A stretch of DNA of 62,694 nucleotides, filler included, from Globobulimina sp. (taxonomy: Eukaryota), in NCBI GenBank assembly GCA_003354225.1. It is 14 parts of 14 records of this genome, joined end to end, with 100 filler letters (N's around TTAATTAATTAA, not from the genome) between each part and the next. Parts side by side here need not be neighbours in the genome. Positions count along the whole stretch, not along the records: positions 44,864 to 49,247 come from PIVH01001298.1; positions 49,348 to 53,730 come from PIVH01001299.1; positions 53,831 to 58,212 come from PIVH01001300.1; positions 58,313 to 62,694 come from PIVH01001301.1; 10 more parts are not named here. One strand, 5' to 3'. Below are positions 48,975 through 62,427 of this stretch, one piece after another (position 1 is the stretch's first letter; each line of letters opens with the position of its first letter). A program made the position numbers and the translations under genes. The notes below the pieces were generated by a model. The model had not been told where the DNA came from and did no database searches. It was given only the letters and a program-made list of their open reading frames with translations.

Positions 48975-49656
48975 ATCTGTGATGAATTATAGTTATTTGT
49001 GCAATGCGTATGAAATTATGTACAATTTATGGAGAAAGTAGTTGTATACTGGCAACAACATGAAAATGATAAACTTACTAAAACAAACTGTGCAGTGACA
49101 CTAAAAAAGAGATAAAACAGAACATAACAGACAGAGAAGAGTGACGTGTAACGCGGTTCAGAGAGTGGACAAACAACGAAAATCCGAAAAACGCAAAGGA
49201 AAACAGACAAACTGTGATATAAAAAACATACTGTTCATCATGTATTGNNNNNNNNNNNNNNNNNNNNNNNNNNNNNNNNNNNNNNNNNNNNTTAATTAAT
49301 TAANNNNNNNNNNNNNNNNNNNNNNNNNNNNNNNNNNNNNNNNNNNNGAGATTGTTCACCACCATTCAGGAAGTGCACAATCCCATGGCATTGCTCATGA
49401 ATTCTACCTCATTCACATTGAATGGAATCATTATTTTGCAATTTTTTATATATTGGAATGCTGAGAAAAACAAGCGAAAGGACTGAAAATATAGGCTCGC
49501 ATACGGAGCTTTGACGTAATTTAAAATTCATCGATCAGCAAACGAACGAAGTATTTGTTGAAGAACAACAAAGAATTGATATCTCTGTTTTATTATTAAT
49601 TATTTAATTTGACCAATCTACAAAAAAACTGTGACTTCTATCCTAGCTCAACCACC

Positions 49657-51399
49657 ATGTCTTTTTTAGCGAGACTTCGTAAGGCAGCACGAGCATGTTA
49701 TAGCCCATATGCTTTTAAATCAAGGTAAAACAATAAATTCATGCCATGTCAAATATCTGTCCACGCTTAGAATAAAAACAAAACAAAACAAAACAAACAC
49801 ACGACAGAGCCATTTCTAGCATTTCTAGCATCTGCAAAACACGAACACGAACACATATTCGTACCACAAAATTTCAAAAATACCAATCACATTTTAAAAC
49901 ATCCCCAACACAAACACTATTTTCTCGTTTTGCATCATTCTCAGCCAACCAAACAGCTACATATACGCAGCAAAACCGAGCAATTCAAATCGATGCAGAT
50001 ACCAAAGAAATCCCACCCAAATACCAGCCAGATCCTGAAATCGGAAAACGTTCCACTTTCTCAATCACCACCACAGATTATCCAGGCGCTCTTGCCCAAA
50101 TGTTGCGAATCTTAACGTTTGTGCGGTATCTAACACAAAAACAAAACAGTTTTCACTTACTTGCTTACTTAAAATGCTCAGCGAAAACGATGTAAACATG
50201 ACACGTATCGAGTCGCGCTACGGTCAAAAAGCAACACAAGTCAACTTCATAATCGATTGCGATGTGCCAGCCAATCATCGCAGAGTCGCTCAAGCTTTGC
50301 CTTTACTTAGACAAAACTCCATCGATGCTCGCTTAGTCCCCTCCATTAAAGTGCCATGGTTCCCTGTCACTGCTCAAGAAGTCGATTCTGTCGCTCTACT
50401 CGTCCTCGACGAGTCTGACTTAGAAGCGGACCATCCTGGCTTCCATGACCAAGAGTACAAAAAACGGCGAGCTAAAATCACTGAGTCGGCACAGAATTTT
50501 ACATACGGCGATGTTCCAATGACCGTCGATTACTCTCCTCAGGAAATTGAGTGTTGGAGTAAGATTTGGATGCAACTAAAACCGAAATTATATGAACATG
50601 GCTGCAGTCAATATATCGCTGCCTTTGATGGACTCGTCAAACATTGTGGTTATAAGAAAGATAAAATACCGCAATTATCGGATGTTTCTGCCTATTTATT
50701 GGATAAAACTGGCATCAAATTACGGCCAACCGCTGGCTTATTGTCGTCGAGACATTTCCTAAACGGATTGGCGTTCAATACGTTTTTTTGTACGCAATAT
50801 TTACGACATCATTCAGTGCCGTTTTATACCCCGGAACCGTTACGTTACTGTGTTCTAAGTCCGATGTCTGTGCTGTTTATATATAATAACGTTTTTATAG
50901 TGACGTAGTGCACGAATTGGTGGGCCATGCGCCGATGTTCGCGGATCCAGAATTTGCGAAATTTTCGCAAGAGATTGGCTTGGCGAGTATTGGTGCCACG
51001 GATGGACAGATTGAAGAATTGGCGCGCTGTTATTGGTTCAGTGTAGAATTCGGACTTTGCAAAGATGAGAGTGGCGATCGCAAGGTTTACGGTGCGGGCA
51101 TATTATCGAGTTATGGTGAGATCGATTATTGCATGTCTGAGGAGCCAGAGGTAAGGAAATGGAATCCATGGAATGCATCAAAACAAACGTTTCCGATCAC
51201 GAAATATCAGCCGGTGTATTATTTGGCCGACGGATTTGATGATGCCACGCGGAAAATGCGTGGCTTTGCCAACTCATTGGATAAGCCATTTACTTGTCGA
51301 TGGAATGATGTTAAGGAGAGATTGTCGGTGGATCGCAATGTGCAACGGATGGAAAGGAAAGAGGATGATTATGGGGAATATATTGGGGAGGCGGAGTGA
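49657..51399 (+). CDS. PAH: Phenylalanine hydroxylase-like pterin-dependent aromatic amino acid hydroxylase with ACT domain
   Basis: Introns 49725-49807, 50117-50181 and 50839-50900 are in frame. ACT PGAL..TRIESR; HPGFHD; TQYLRH; YTPEPDVVHELVGH; YWFSVEFGL; YGAGILSSYGE. Confidence 0.92.
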
Positions 51400-51625
51400 G
51401 GTGTTTTCATATATAATATGTGAATATTTTGATATTTTGCTTGTTTTATTTTTATTTTTTCGTAAAATCTACTATATACATAAAAAGTGTTTAATTTTAT
51501 TATTTTCAAATTAAACTTTTCAATCATCCAAAGCCAGATAACTTTCTAAAACAACCGTACATAAAAGTTTGTATCACTTAAAAACGATTAAAAAACTCAC
51601 AAAAAAACACAGGCGATCTAATTTG

Positions 51626-52255
51626 TCAGTTTCTCTCCGTGAATAAGTTTGCCATTTCGTCAGTTAATCCAATCATTTGTGGTGAATTGAAATCAATGCT
51701 AAAAGCATCTGCTGGGTATGGCACATTATTTGATATATCCTCTTTATCGTTTTTTTTGTTTTTATCGTGTTGAATTTCGTCTGTTTTTTGTTGCTGAATC
51801 ATAGCTCGCATTGCATCCATATCCATGACTTCTTGTTTATTATCAAATTTTTTATGCTTTGATTGTTTCTTAGTTTTATCGTCTGTTTTTTCTGTTGGTT
51901 GCTGTTTATAATCCGACTCATTTAATAATGTTACGTTATTAGTAACAACTTTATTTTGTCCTAAGTCATGCAATGATTTTTTATCTCCGATATGTGCCCA
52001 TGTTGCATTACTTTTGGGTGTAAATGTGGATACTCTTTTAGTTTTATGTAATATTTCCAATGATTTTTTTTCTTGAATTGTTGCCCATGTTGCATTACTA
52101 TTGGGTGTAAATGTGGAAACTCGTTTTTTTGTATCCAATATCCCTAAGTTTTTCTCTTGTGTTTTGGCCCATGTTGCATTGCTTTTTGCTTCAAATTTGG
52201 ATACTTTGCTTCGTCCCTCCAACGCTGCTAAACTAGGGTGAGATTCATGTGCCAT
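51626..52255 (-). CDS. Hypothetical protein with three tandem repeats of about 28 aa
   Basis: Three units of (K/R)VS.F...SNATWA....K.L. Confidence 0.7.
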   Translation of the reverse strand: MAHESHPSLAALEGRSKVSKFEAKSNATWAKTQEKNLGILDTKKRVSTFTPNSNATWATIQEKKSLEILHKTKRVSTFTPKSNATWAHIGDKKSLHDLGQNKVVTNNVTLLNESDYKQQPTEKTDDKTKKQSKHKKFDNKQEVMDMDAMRAMIQQQKTDEIQHDKNKKNDKEDISNNVPYPADAFSIDFNSPQMIGLTDEMANLFTERN

Positions 52256-52348
52256 GTTTTAATATTAATATACAAAGAAAACCTTGATCCTTTGCCAAGG
52301 AGAGTCAACAAATAAACACAAAAAAAATGTCAGATCAGTAATATCATA

Positions 52349-53730
52349 TCAATCACTTGTATCATTCTCAACTGGCCTGCATTTCATAATAATTCTCCAT
52401 TGAAACGTATCTAAATTATCCAACTCAGACAGTGGAAACAAACTTGTATGTCCCGTATTTTCTAAACCACCGTTACGTGCCATTTTAATATTAAAAAATT
52501 GTATATAAAATTCAATTTGCGGACAATATAATTCAACTGACACAATTACAGATATATATTCCTTTGGCATCGCACTTAATCTCCAATAAAATCCAACCTT
52601 AATTTCCTCATTTTCTTGTTTTTCCTCATTTTCCTCATAGTTGTAGCCAGCCACCATATTCCCACCAAATGTACACATTTTATCTTGATCTCCGTCAATA
52701 AAATAATCCCAATAATCATAACACATAATTCCATTTCTCTCCGTTTCTCCATTTTTTAATTTAGTCAACTCACTATTTTTAACATTCCATTCCCATTCCA
52801 CTGCATAGCATACTTTCATGTGTAACAATTTCAAATATTCTCCAAATTCATCATTTGCGCCATTCCCAAACACAATGAATTTATTTACCAAATCAATATT
52901 TTCATTATTTCTGCATTTAATTGTATCTTTTAAATATCTTAATTCATTTTTATTGATCCAAATTATATTATTTGTTGCTGTAAAATTAAGAAACAATTTC
53001 CAAATATAATCATCATGCAAATCCAATGTACTTTCATTTTTTAATAACTGTATGTGTTTATTCACCAATTTCAATGTCCTTTGACATAAAACACTTACTT
53101 TTCTAATGTGTGTCTCATTATTTTTACAATGCGTCGCTGAAAATCTTTCAATTTCGTTGCCATTCATTATATGCATATAAAAATTTAATATTTCAATTTG
53201 TTTGAAGTAATTTACATATTTCCCACTCTTTGCATCCGCCATCATAATAGACGTAATTTTTAAAGTAGCGCCAAAAAATAAATATTCACTTTCTGGATAA
53301 CGGCTAAATTTTGCCACATCAAAGAAAGGCTGCGGCTCTGATTCGCCGTTTCTTAGTTCTAATATAATACCGTCATATTGACAGAAACCAGTCGCAATAT
53401 TCAGGTCATACGTGGTCGATAATGGCGATTTAAAATCGTACTCAAATTTATTAAATAATAACTTGCAATTTATACCGTGATATACTTTTTTATTATATCT
53501 CAATTCATTTCCAAATATCCAAACTGCTTCAAATAACAATCGGAACCAATTCGCATATTTCCTATTTTTTGCTGCAACTTGCAACATATTCTCTGTATGC
53601 TGCATTTTCCTGCTTTGTTGCTTAAAATATTTCTGCAAATCGTTGGTATCTGTATATAATATAACAGCTAAAATATGCTCTATTGTCATTTTGGAGCCTG
53701 CTTTGATGCAGAATAATTTATTAAAATATG
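52349..53730 (-). CDS. ADP-ribosyltransferase-fold protein, 5' partial
   Basis: ILYTD, VYHGI, PLSTT..LNIATGF, GIILEL and ESEYLFFG, matching R-S-E clade spacing. Confidence 0.65.
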
Positions 53731-53830
53731 NNNNNNNNNNNNNNNNNNNNNNNNNNNNNNNNNNNNNNNNNNNNTTAATTAATTAANNNNNNNNNNNNNN
53801 NNNNNNNNNNNNNNNNNNNNNNNNNNNNNN

Positions 53831-56800
53831 GCAACAGAAGGGAGACTAGTTCTGAATGACTTGTCCAATGTAAAAGGTTGTAACAACACTTTAACATCGT
53901 CGTTCCGATATGGTTGAAAATTCATGTCAATACTAATCTTCGTCTTTGGTTGTGTCGCATCTGTTAATACACGACTGGGATTGAAGAATCGAGTCAATGG
54001 AGATTTCTTCATCATCTCTCCCCCTCAACCAACAGAAGTAGCCATAGGAGTCAATTGTTCTTGATCGCCAATAACCACCAATAATCTTGCAAATCGTGGA
54101 TTGAATTTGGATATCATCCCCAGCATATCGAGTTCTTTAACTTGTCCTGCTTCATCCACCATTATTGTAGTAAAAGTCATATGTTCACTGTCTCGCATCC
54201 AGCTACTTTGTGCCATTGTAACAGTTGTTATTATAACATTAGGTCGTAAGCCATCTGACTCAAAAATAACAAACCGAATACATTCTTTTAGCGCATCCTT
54301 CATATCCTTGTCAAAGCAGGCTACTTGTTTCTCCAGATCGTCAATATCTTCTGCATCTTCAGCTGGGTCAAAGTTAGGGTTCATTCGTCTCTGTTTAGCT
54401 TCATATAATCGTTTGATATTCTCCTTCCAATCCAGATCAGCTTGAACATAGGCAGTACGTAACACAGTCAATCGCGGTTTTTCACCGGGCATAAACAAAG
54501 CATAATTGAGCAAATCAACATCCCAAACTTCAGAAGTTACATCTGCTAAATTAGGATTAGTTTGGCCGATTCGCACCACTCGAAACATAACAGGGTCCCA
54601 AGCTGTTGGTTTGCCAGGATTCACTCGTTTACCAATGAATTTCGTCTGTGACCATTGACTCAGCTCCTTCATTTGTTTCGCCATTTGATCTGTTGCTAAA
54701 TTAGTTGACGCAGCCAATCCAATACGCTCCTGATCCCAACATACTGACGCCGCTTCCCCATTAGTTTCCTCCAGATCACCGGTAACAAAACGCTTTTTGG
54801 TATCAACTCCTTCGTAGTATTTCATACTAATGGTTCCTTCATGATCAGCTGATGAATTCAGAACCAGCAAATAGACAAGGTATCGCACTAGCCAAGTCTT
54901 GCCCGTACCAGGCGGTCCCTGGATTGCCAACATATCATAATCACTGTCTTTAGCTGACTGTGCTAGACAACCCAACCAATATTGCATGTCTGTTGGGACA
55001 ATATCTGCAGCCGTCAAATCACTAAAATTAGGGATCGCATCACTTGGCGATACTGACACAGTCCTGGCCAATCGACAAATTTCCTTGATTACACCAATAT
55101 ATTTCAAATAAATCCGTGTTCCAGGCAACATGACGTCCATTGGTGTTTTAGCTGTTTCTTGTCGATATCGTCGGTTCTGACTACGTTGTTTCCTTTCTTC
55201 CTCTGTGTAAATATGATGATGTTTCTGTATAATCTTCTCAGGTGCTGACGCCATCGATATCTGAGACTTCATAATTGCATCCGGTCGTTGACCTACTCGA
55301 ACAATCCCTTCAGCTCGTGAGATAAACATACCTTGCATATTCGTCCTTGTTACTGTGTTGTCGCCCAATAACTCATACCCAGTACCAACATACATATAAT
55401 CTTGTTCTTGACCTTCCGGTGGTTTCTCCACACAATAATCTGGATGGAACATATCTGTTACAGAATCGTGTAATAGACTTCCTGACTCACTGTAATCTTG
55501 AGTTGGAGCAAAAACAGGATAAACTCGTTTTACTCGCATAGACAATACAGGCCAGGGACTATGAAAATGTCGGCCCTGCGGCGGTTCGACGCTACGCGGC
55601 TGTTGAGGGGTAATAGCAATAGGTTCTAACAATTTAAGCTTAACCTGCGCAATTTGTATCACTAGCGCTTTAGCCTTAGGAGAATCACTCTGTTGCATAG
55701 CCTCTAAATTGGGAATAACAAATTTGACTATTAACAGTGGGTATGACTCAATTGTAACAACTCGAGTCTCAAATTCGCGTTTTGCCGTCATCAGTTGTTG
55801 TGCTAAATACTCATCGCGACCAAAACATACTAATGCATCGAAAAACATTATTAAACAGTGTTCATTAATAGTATACATTGGAAACTGTAATTTTAATACC
55901 TCTGGGATACCTTGTTGTATTCTGGTCAGCAGATTATCATCAAAACAGTGAGGCGTCAAATACATTTGAATGACTGCATGACTATCTGGCATAGTAACTA
56001 TCTCCATACATTTTGGTGGAATTGTAAATTCGTCCGGGCGTCCATGGGTAGACTCCACCTTCCGTTTCTGACCAGGAGTTAGCTTAACAATAACCATCGC
56101 ACCTCTACCAGATTCATCATCATTATTCATAGCCATTGATCGATTAAAATGCACCGGAAACACCATAACACTGTCAGCAATTTTATTTTCGCCTCCCAAT
56201 TGTATAATCCACCGTAATTTCTCTGCTGGACAATGAGCAGGATGCTCTGACATAAATCGTTGGTCCTGTGGATATAACTGTGACGTTTCCTTTACATGTG
56301 ACACTATCCCCACGTGGACTTGAGGACACGGTGACTTGACAATTTGTACTACTGAAATATAAGAAGACACACGATATAATGGTGATAACGTACTAGGATA
56401 GCCCAAATGGGTATATTTTCCAGCATCCAAATGTCCAAATGCATTTAACCGAACTTTCAAAGTTTGATGACATTGAAAAATTGATGTCGGCCGTTTATCC
56501 ATGTCCAACTCAGTGTCACATCCAGTACTCGTCACTAATTTAGCCGGGGGCGGTATCCAACCGTCAGCTGTTAAATAACAATGTGGCATCTGGACTGTCG
56601 CAGGGTCCGGATTATGAAAACGTGTAGCATTCAAAACTAAAATACAAAAATTAGACATTGGTGAAAGATACTTATTTTGACGTATCATACAGAGATGGTT
56701 ATGTACTTTCTCTGATATTTTACACAGTACATAATCGCGACAAACATTTATTACTACCACTGTTGTGTCTACTTGTTCACCCGAGATACAGTTACCAAAT

Positions 56801-57996
56801 TTCCGTGCGAATTCGCGATCCGAGTCACGCCATTTAGCCAGCCAATGTTCCAATGGGTTGTAGCCAATTTTTAGTCCCTTAATTGAGTTTCCAGCAGGGT
56901 CACGTTCGGTCGGTTCCTCTCCCAATGCATCCTGTCCTGAATATAGAGTAAAACTACGAGACATGACAAAATTAGGGTGCGCCGGGGGCAATATTCCATT
57001 TAAAAAGATAGCAGGTACATATTTTGCTAATAACTGCAATTCTTTATCGCAAATCAAGAATCTACAGATATCATCAATAAGTGTAATTGGTGCTATTCTT
57101 AAAAAGAAATGCCTCAATTGAGCAAACCATCGTGTTGTTGCAAAATTATCCGTATGAACTTGTGTCTTCCACTCATTAATTAAACCTGACTTTTGTTCTT
57201 CTGTCAATGTATATGTCAATTCTTGTTCCATAGGTTGTTCCGTCTCATTAACCCGTCTAATTAAATCCTCGTCCGATGGTACAATAATAGCGTCACCTTG
57301 ACATTCCCAACCAAAATTCGCTGCAACAACTGATCGAAGTTCTCTAGGCAATTCTAAAACAAGTGTATGTATAGCAACAAATTCGCGATTGATCAGTAAT
57401 TTATTAATAATCTCCTTAGCCCTTGTCAATGTAATATTTCCTCTAATCAACTCCGTTTGTCTCAGCAATCCATCCAATGTTCGATCAACCATAAATGGGT
57501 CCACTTTTCCACCAGCCAATGTAGCAGCTCTTTGCTGAAAATGTAAAAGTTTAGCACGCTCATGTAACTGTGCTGTCCCTTGTGCCGTCATTGGGTCTCT
57601 TCCGATTTCTGTTACTGCTTCAAGTCCTGTATCCATTGGTTCATGTAAAAACCGTGTACTGTGCAATGTAGGGTCAAAAACCATTTGTCTTGACAATACA
57701 ACAGGACCATGATCAGGGATTTGCGCTATTTGACCTGTTTGTAATAAACTTGCTTGACTTCCTCCTGTAACAGTCATAGCTGATACCGGTCCTCTTACTT
57801 GTTGGATATGTTGCAAAAACTGGGGACCTGTAAATCGTTGTGGCGCACTTGTTGTCAATGTACCTGTAGTTTCAGTCAAAGGCAACGTTACTGGAACTGG
57901 GGTCCGAGGAACAACCATTCTAGGTGCCTCCTTCCGTGGTGTTTCACTCATTCTCATTCGTTTAGCCATCTTATTTCCCGAAGTCGAATCAGACAT
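53831..57996 (-). CDS. Large intronless protein with C-terminal UPF1/DNA2-like SF1 helicase; in-frame TGA at 54025-54027, 3' partial
   Basis: IQGPPGTGKT, AASTNLATD, VDEAGQ, IGDQEQL; the frame continues after TGA into KSPLTRF..QPYR. Confidence 0.8.
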
Positions 57997-58312
57997 TTAA
58001 TAAAGGCAAAATTAATTTTTATTACATTGCTTTTTCAGAATTCCTTATTAGGTCCAGTCGGTCACCGATGGCGTTCCAAACTAGCCTTTTTCAGAAAACT
58101 TTAGGCAAAGTTTTGATCTAATTAATTAATTATTACTTTGATTAAATCCGATGTTGAGCAATCGAATCAAGATTCGCCAATACCTAAAAAGAAAACATAC
58201 GTTTATCACCTGNNNNNNNNNNNNNNNNNNNNNNNNNNNNNNNNNNNNNNNNNNNNTTAATTAATTAANNNNNNNNNNNNNNNNNNNNNNNNNNNNNNNN
58301 NNNNNNNNNNNN

Positions 58313-61300
58313 TATGGAGGAATTGAAGGAATACACTGAGAGACAGCTGTACGCAGTGAACGACTTCACAGTGGGACATGACACGTATGGCAGTGTGGGA
58401 TGGCGGGGCTCGTTGAGCGATATACGCTCATTGGATTTGGACCAAATCGTGTTTCTGCAAACTGGCCGCATTGAGGTGTATCCCGACGATATTGAGGACA
58501 AACCGGACCGGGAGCAGTTGTTGAATAAATTTGCCGTGATCGCGTTGAATGAGATTTGGCCGCCGAAATGTACTGAGAGTGACGATGTGGATTTGAGCGA
58601 TGAACAGTATGATGTGGTTAAGAAGAATTACGGCGCGAAATTAGCGCAGCATTGCAAGGCCAACGACTGTGAGTTCATTGCGTATGATACGAAGAAAGGA
58701 GTGTGGCGGTTTTCTGTGCGGCACTTTACCATTTATGGGCTTCCTGGCGGCAAACCAGCAAAAGTTGGAGGTAAACCTGCAGGGAAACAGGCGGTGAAAC
58801 AGGCGGATATTAAGGAAGCTGTAGTGCCGAATGTACAAGCTCTATTTACAAGTTTTGTTCTTAAAAACACTTAAAACCACACCAACGAAATTCTTTTTTT
58901 TTTAGTATAAGGACACAAAAACATGCACTGGAACCAATAATATATGCTCAATCGAATGATTTATTTTGTTTTTTGTTTCTTTTTCTATTTTGTTTCACGT
59001 TAAATGCAATGATGGCGTTTTGTTAATGAATGTATAACATTGACAATGATGGACTCATATTGTAAACAAATATTGCACTCCCTTTGTTATCTTTTTTTCA
59101 GATTTGTTTGTTTTTCAAATTCATGACGCAGAAAAATCCCATTTTTGCATATATTGGTATTGTGTATTGTTTCTTAGTGTTTTTTGTTTTTAATTTTATT
59201 GGGTTGTGGCCAAGTTTTTAATTATTTTTCAATTCATTTATTCTCTTTTATCTCTTGTAAAATTGTATACAGTGCCACTGAATGCAGCACAAACTCAACT
59301 ACCAGCAGCTCCAGCGGAGGATTTGCGCAGTGTCCAAAGTCACGCATCCAGGCAATATGAACATTATTCAATGTCGCAACCAGCACAGTATAATAATAAA
59401 GTTGGTTTGAACGAATTAAAAAACCGAGATATTGCCGACAGTTTCAGTGCTCTTATAAACAAACCATATGAAGCAAACCCTATGATTATTGACGATAATA
59501 ATAACGTTGCGCCACATGTCGAAGACGACGATGATGACGAACCAATTGGTGATGACTCTATATATGACGATGTGGATGATACACACGAAGAAATGCCGTA
59601 TGATACGCTTGTATTCAATGAAGATGTGGTTTATACAAAGGAAGAAAAAGAACCAGCCGTAATAGAGCGAGAAACTGATGAGTATTATCCTCGTTTAATG
59701 ATATTAAAAAATCCAGACCCTCTCAGCTGTGCCCATGCCATTAATAAACAATTTGAGCGCGCATTACAATGCGAATTAGATTTGGTGTTACAAACCAGCG
59801 CAAAAAATAAATATTGCCGACAAGAAGAGTCCAAACTGAATGAAGACGGTTTAGATGATGTGGAGATGGGTGGTTTTGGTTTAAATCGAAATGTATGTTT
59901 ATCTTTAAAAGAGTTCCAACGCTTGGAAGGCGATCGGAAAATGAATTGGAAATCTTTTGATTTAGGATTTCGAAATAAATGCATGTTTTCAGCATTAATA
60001 AAGAATGGCAAATTATACTCTGTGCTGAATAAACAATATTTGCAACAGGATAAAATTGCATTTTTCAATGAATTAAAAGAATCAAATAGCATACAAATTC
60101 ATTCTGTGGTTACTGGTTTGGAAAAGATATTTGGCTCCAAAATATATTTAGAATTAATTAATAAGTTATTAACAGTGCATAAAGCATATTATTTTGATAA
60201 ACAAACGAAATGGAATTATATGAGCGTAGGGGATAAATTGCAAGATTTAACCGATTCATATTGTCAACAAATCAAAAATATATTATCCTATTTACAAAAT
60301 AAAGACAATAACAAAACTGTGTTAGCTAAGAAAATATTGACTACATTCTATGATGCATTGCAACTAATATTAGCATTATATGCTCCACGATGTGGTTCTG
60401 GCAATCAATCAAATTTGAAAATCGCTGCAAAACAAATCATGACTCATTATATTGATATTGAGGAGGACGAGGATGAGGAAGATGATGATCATAAAATGAT
60501 TGAACAGCCAGAATGTACTAAAACTACGAATTCGAGTCTATTATATGGAGATAACCTATCTTATAATGAATTATTTGCGAGGAAAGTAAATCTGTCCAAA
60601 TGGTTAGAAAATGTAATTCGTGAAGATGTGGATGACGATTTACAAGCATTTGATCGACAAATTGAGAAAGTGAAAAACGGAATGTTTGATTTGAATGAAA
60701 ATGCGGATGAAAAACAGCAAAACGAAGAGGAACGCATGGATGGCAATGAAAAGATGACTGAGATTGAGAAAAAGGAAGAAATTGCCCGATGGAACGATGA
60801 GAAGATATTTATAATGTTGACAGCAAACAGAAAGTTACAAGCTGCAGATTTGGCATTAAGTGTTGGGGATTATAGGCTCGCTTCGATAATCAGTCAAAGC
60901 TCGCATTTTGCTGCGTCGTCTGCATCGTATCAGCCTTTTTTAGATTTGCGGAATCAAATTGATTACTGGAAAAAACAAAAGATTTGGCAAACTTTTAACG
61001 ATTCAAAGAAAAAGATTTACGCGTTGTTGGCTGGGAGATATGTGGAGATTGTGTCCAGTGCAGGCTTTAATTGGTACCGATGTTTTGGAGTTATTTTATG
61101 GTTTTATTTACCAATTCATTGGAATTTGAATGAATGTCTCTCGTATTATGTGCAGATGTGTAACATCAAAGAATATGCATTCACTGCACCGATATTAGAT
61201 ATTAAAAATGATTGCAAACAAATCAATATACAAATAAAACAAAAACAAAATGAAATGATGCGTAATAATCCATTGTCGCCTGCTATTTCTTCATCGTTAT

Positions 61301-62427
61301 TTACCAAAAATGAATTAAAGGATAAATTTCCAAATGATATTTGCTTTGATTTATTAAAAATGAAATGTACTGCAAAAGATGATTCATTTGATGTGTTTGG
61401 AAATATTTTTAATCCACGGAATATTGGACCGTTTAAATTGGAATATTTATTTAATTGGTTCATTTATGATTTGTTGTTAGAGACGAAACATATTGAAATT
61501 ACAAATGAGAAAGAAATTGAAATATGTTCAAATATTTATCATTCGTTTGTGGAACAATTGGAAAGAATGGGATATTGGCTGTGGGCTATTTATTTATCAT
61601 TATTTGCGCAAAAAAATAGACCAATGATTGCAAACAAATATAATTATAACGATATGGCGTATTTAATATTAAGACGAAGTATTAATAAATCAATTCCATG
61701 CGCCTTAAATTCAAAATTTATGAAAGAAACAAAACATTTAAATCACATCACATTCAATGATTTAACAACAAACATGGATGTGGATGAGAATAATAATAAT
61801 AATAACGATAAACAATTACATTATAAATATTGCGATACATCGGAGAAATTTTATAATGAATATTTAAAAAAGTTTTGGCTCGGTATTTTAGATGAAACTA
61901 TAATTTCTGGTTTGAAGTTTTTAGTTCATATTGACATTGATATGGAAGAATGGATTATTTATTGTTTAGCAGAATATGCAGAATCACGAAAGGATTGGAT
62001 CGTTGCATTTTTATCCTATTCACAATGTTTAAAATGGAATAAAGTGCATCAGATATTAATGAATCATTTATTTGTTGATTGGTTGTTTGAGGATAAAATT
62101 GACGGTGAATTACAAGATACATTACAGAAATTAGAGACAAATCAACATAAAATAAATAATTGGAATGAGAATGGTATGATATTGTTGCATTATATTAAAT
62201 TAATGAGAGATATACAAAATAATCCAAATCAAAATGTTGATATAAATTTAAATCGGGTTAATGGAGTTAAACAAGGAATCAATAAAATGTTGGATAATTT
62301 AAATAGTGTTCGGTGTGATAGCGAAGAGGAGGAAGAAGATGATGAAGATTTAAAAAAGAGAGTATGTTTAATGACAATGGAACAGCGATTAGATACTTGT
62401 GTTGTTCATTTGACACAAAATAAATAA
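58313..62427 (+). CDS. NUP98: Nucleoporin Nup98-Nup96 precursor, 5' partial
   Basis: Autoproteolytic domain (LDLDQIV, IEVYPDD, GVWRFSVRHFT.YGL); probable intron 58852-59272; Nup96 region (GDYRLASIISQ, IYALLAG, NWYRCFGVILWF, EQLERMGYWLWAIY). Confidence 0.92.

Larger units (their letters stand above)
44864..49247 (-). mobile_element. Tyrosine-recombinase retrotransposon (Ngaro/DIRS group), internally deleted
   Basis: Same-strand order gag-like, RT/RNase H, tyrosine recombinase C-terminus. Confidence 0.85.

Noticed and set aside
986-54027. Alternative genetic code suggested by in-frame stops in four long genes
   Set aside because: The stops differ (TAA, TGA, TAG, TGA) and occur once each in element-like genes on different contigs. 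Housekeeping genes have no internal stops and end in TAA or TGA. Decay or read error is simpler.
4389-58312. Regularly spaced TTAATTAATTAA motif, and ORFs running into X residues
   Set aside because: Artificial linker inside N spacers
1203-62140. The many short ORFs overlapping the long genes on the opposite strand or in shifted frames
   Set aside because: Shadow ORFs with no recognisable motifs
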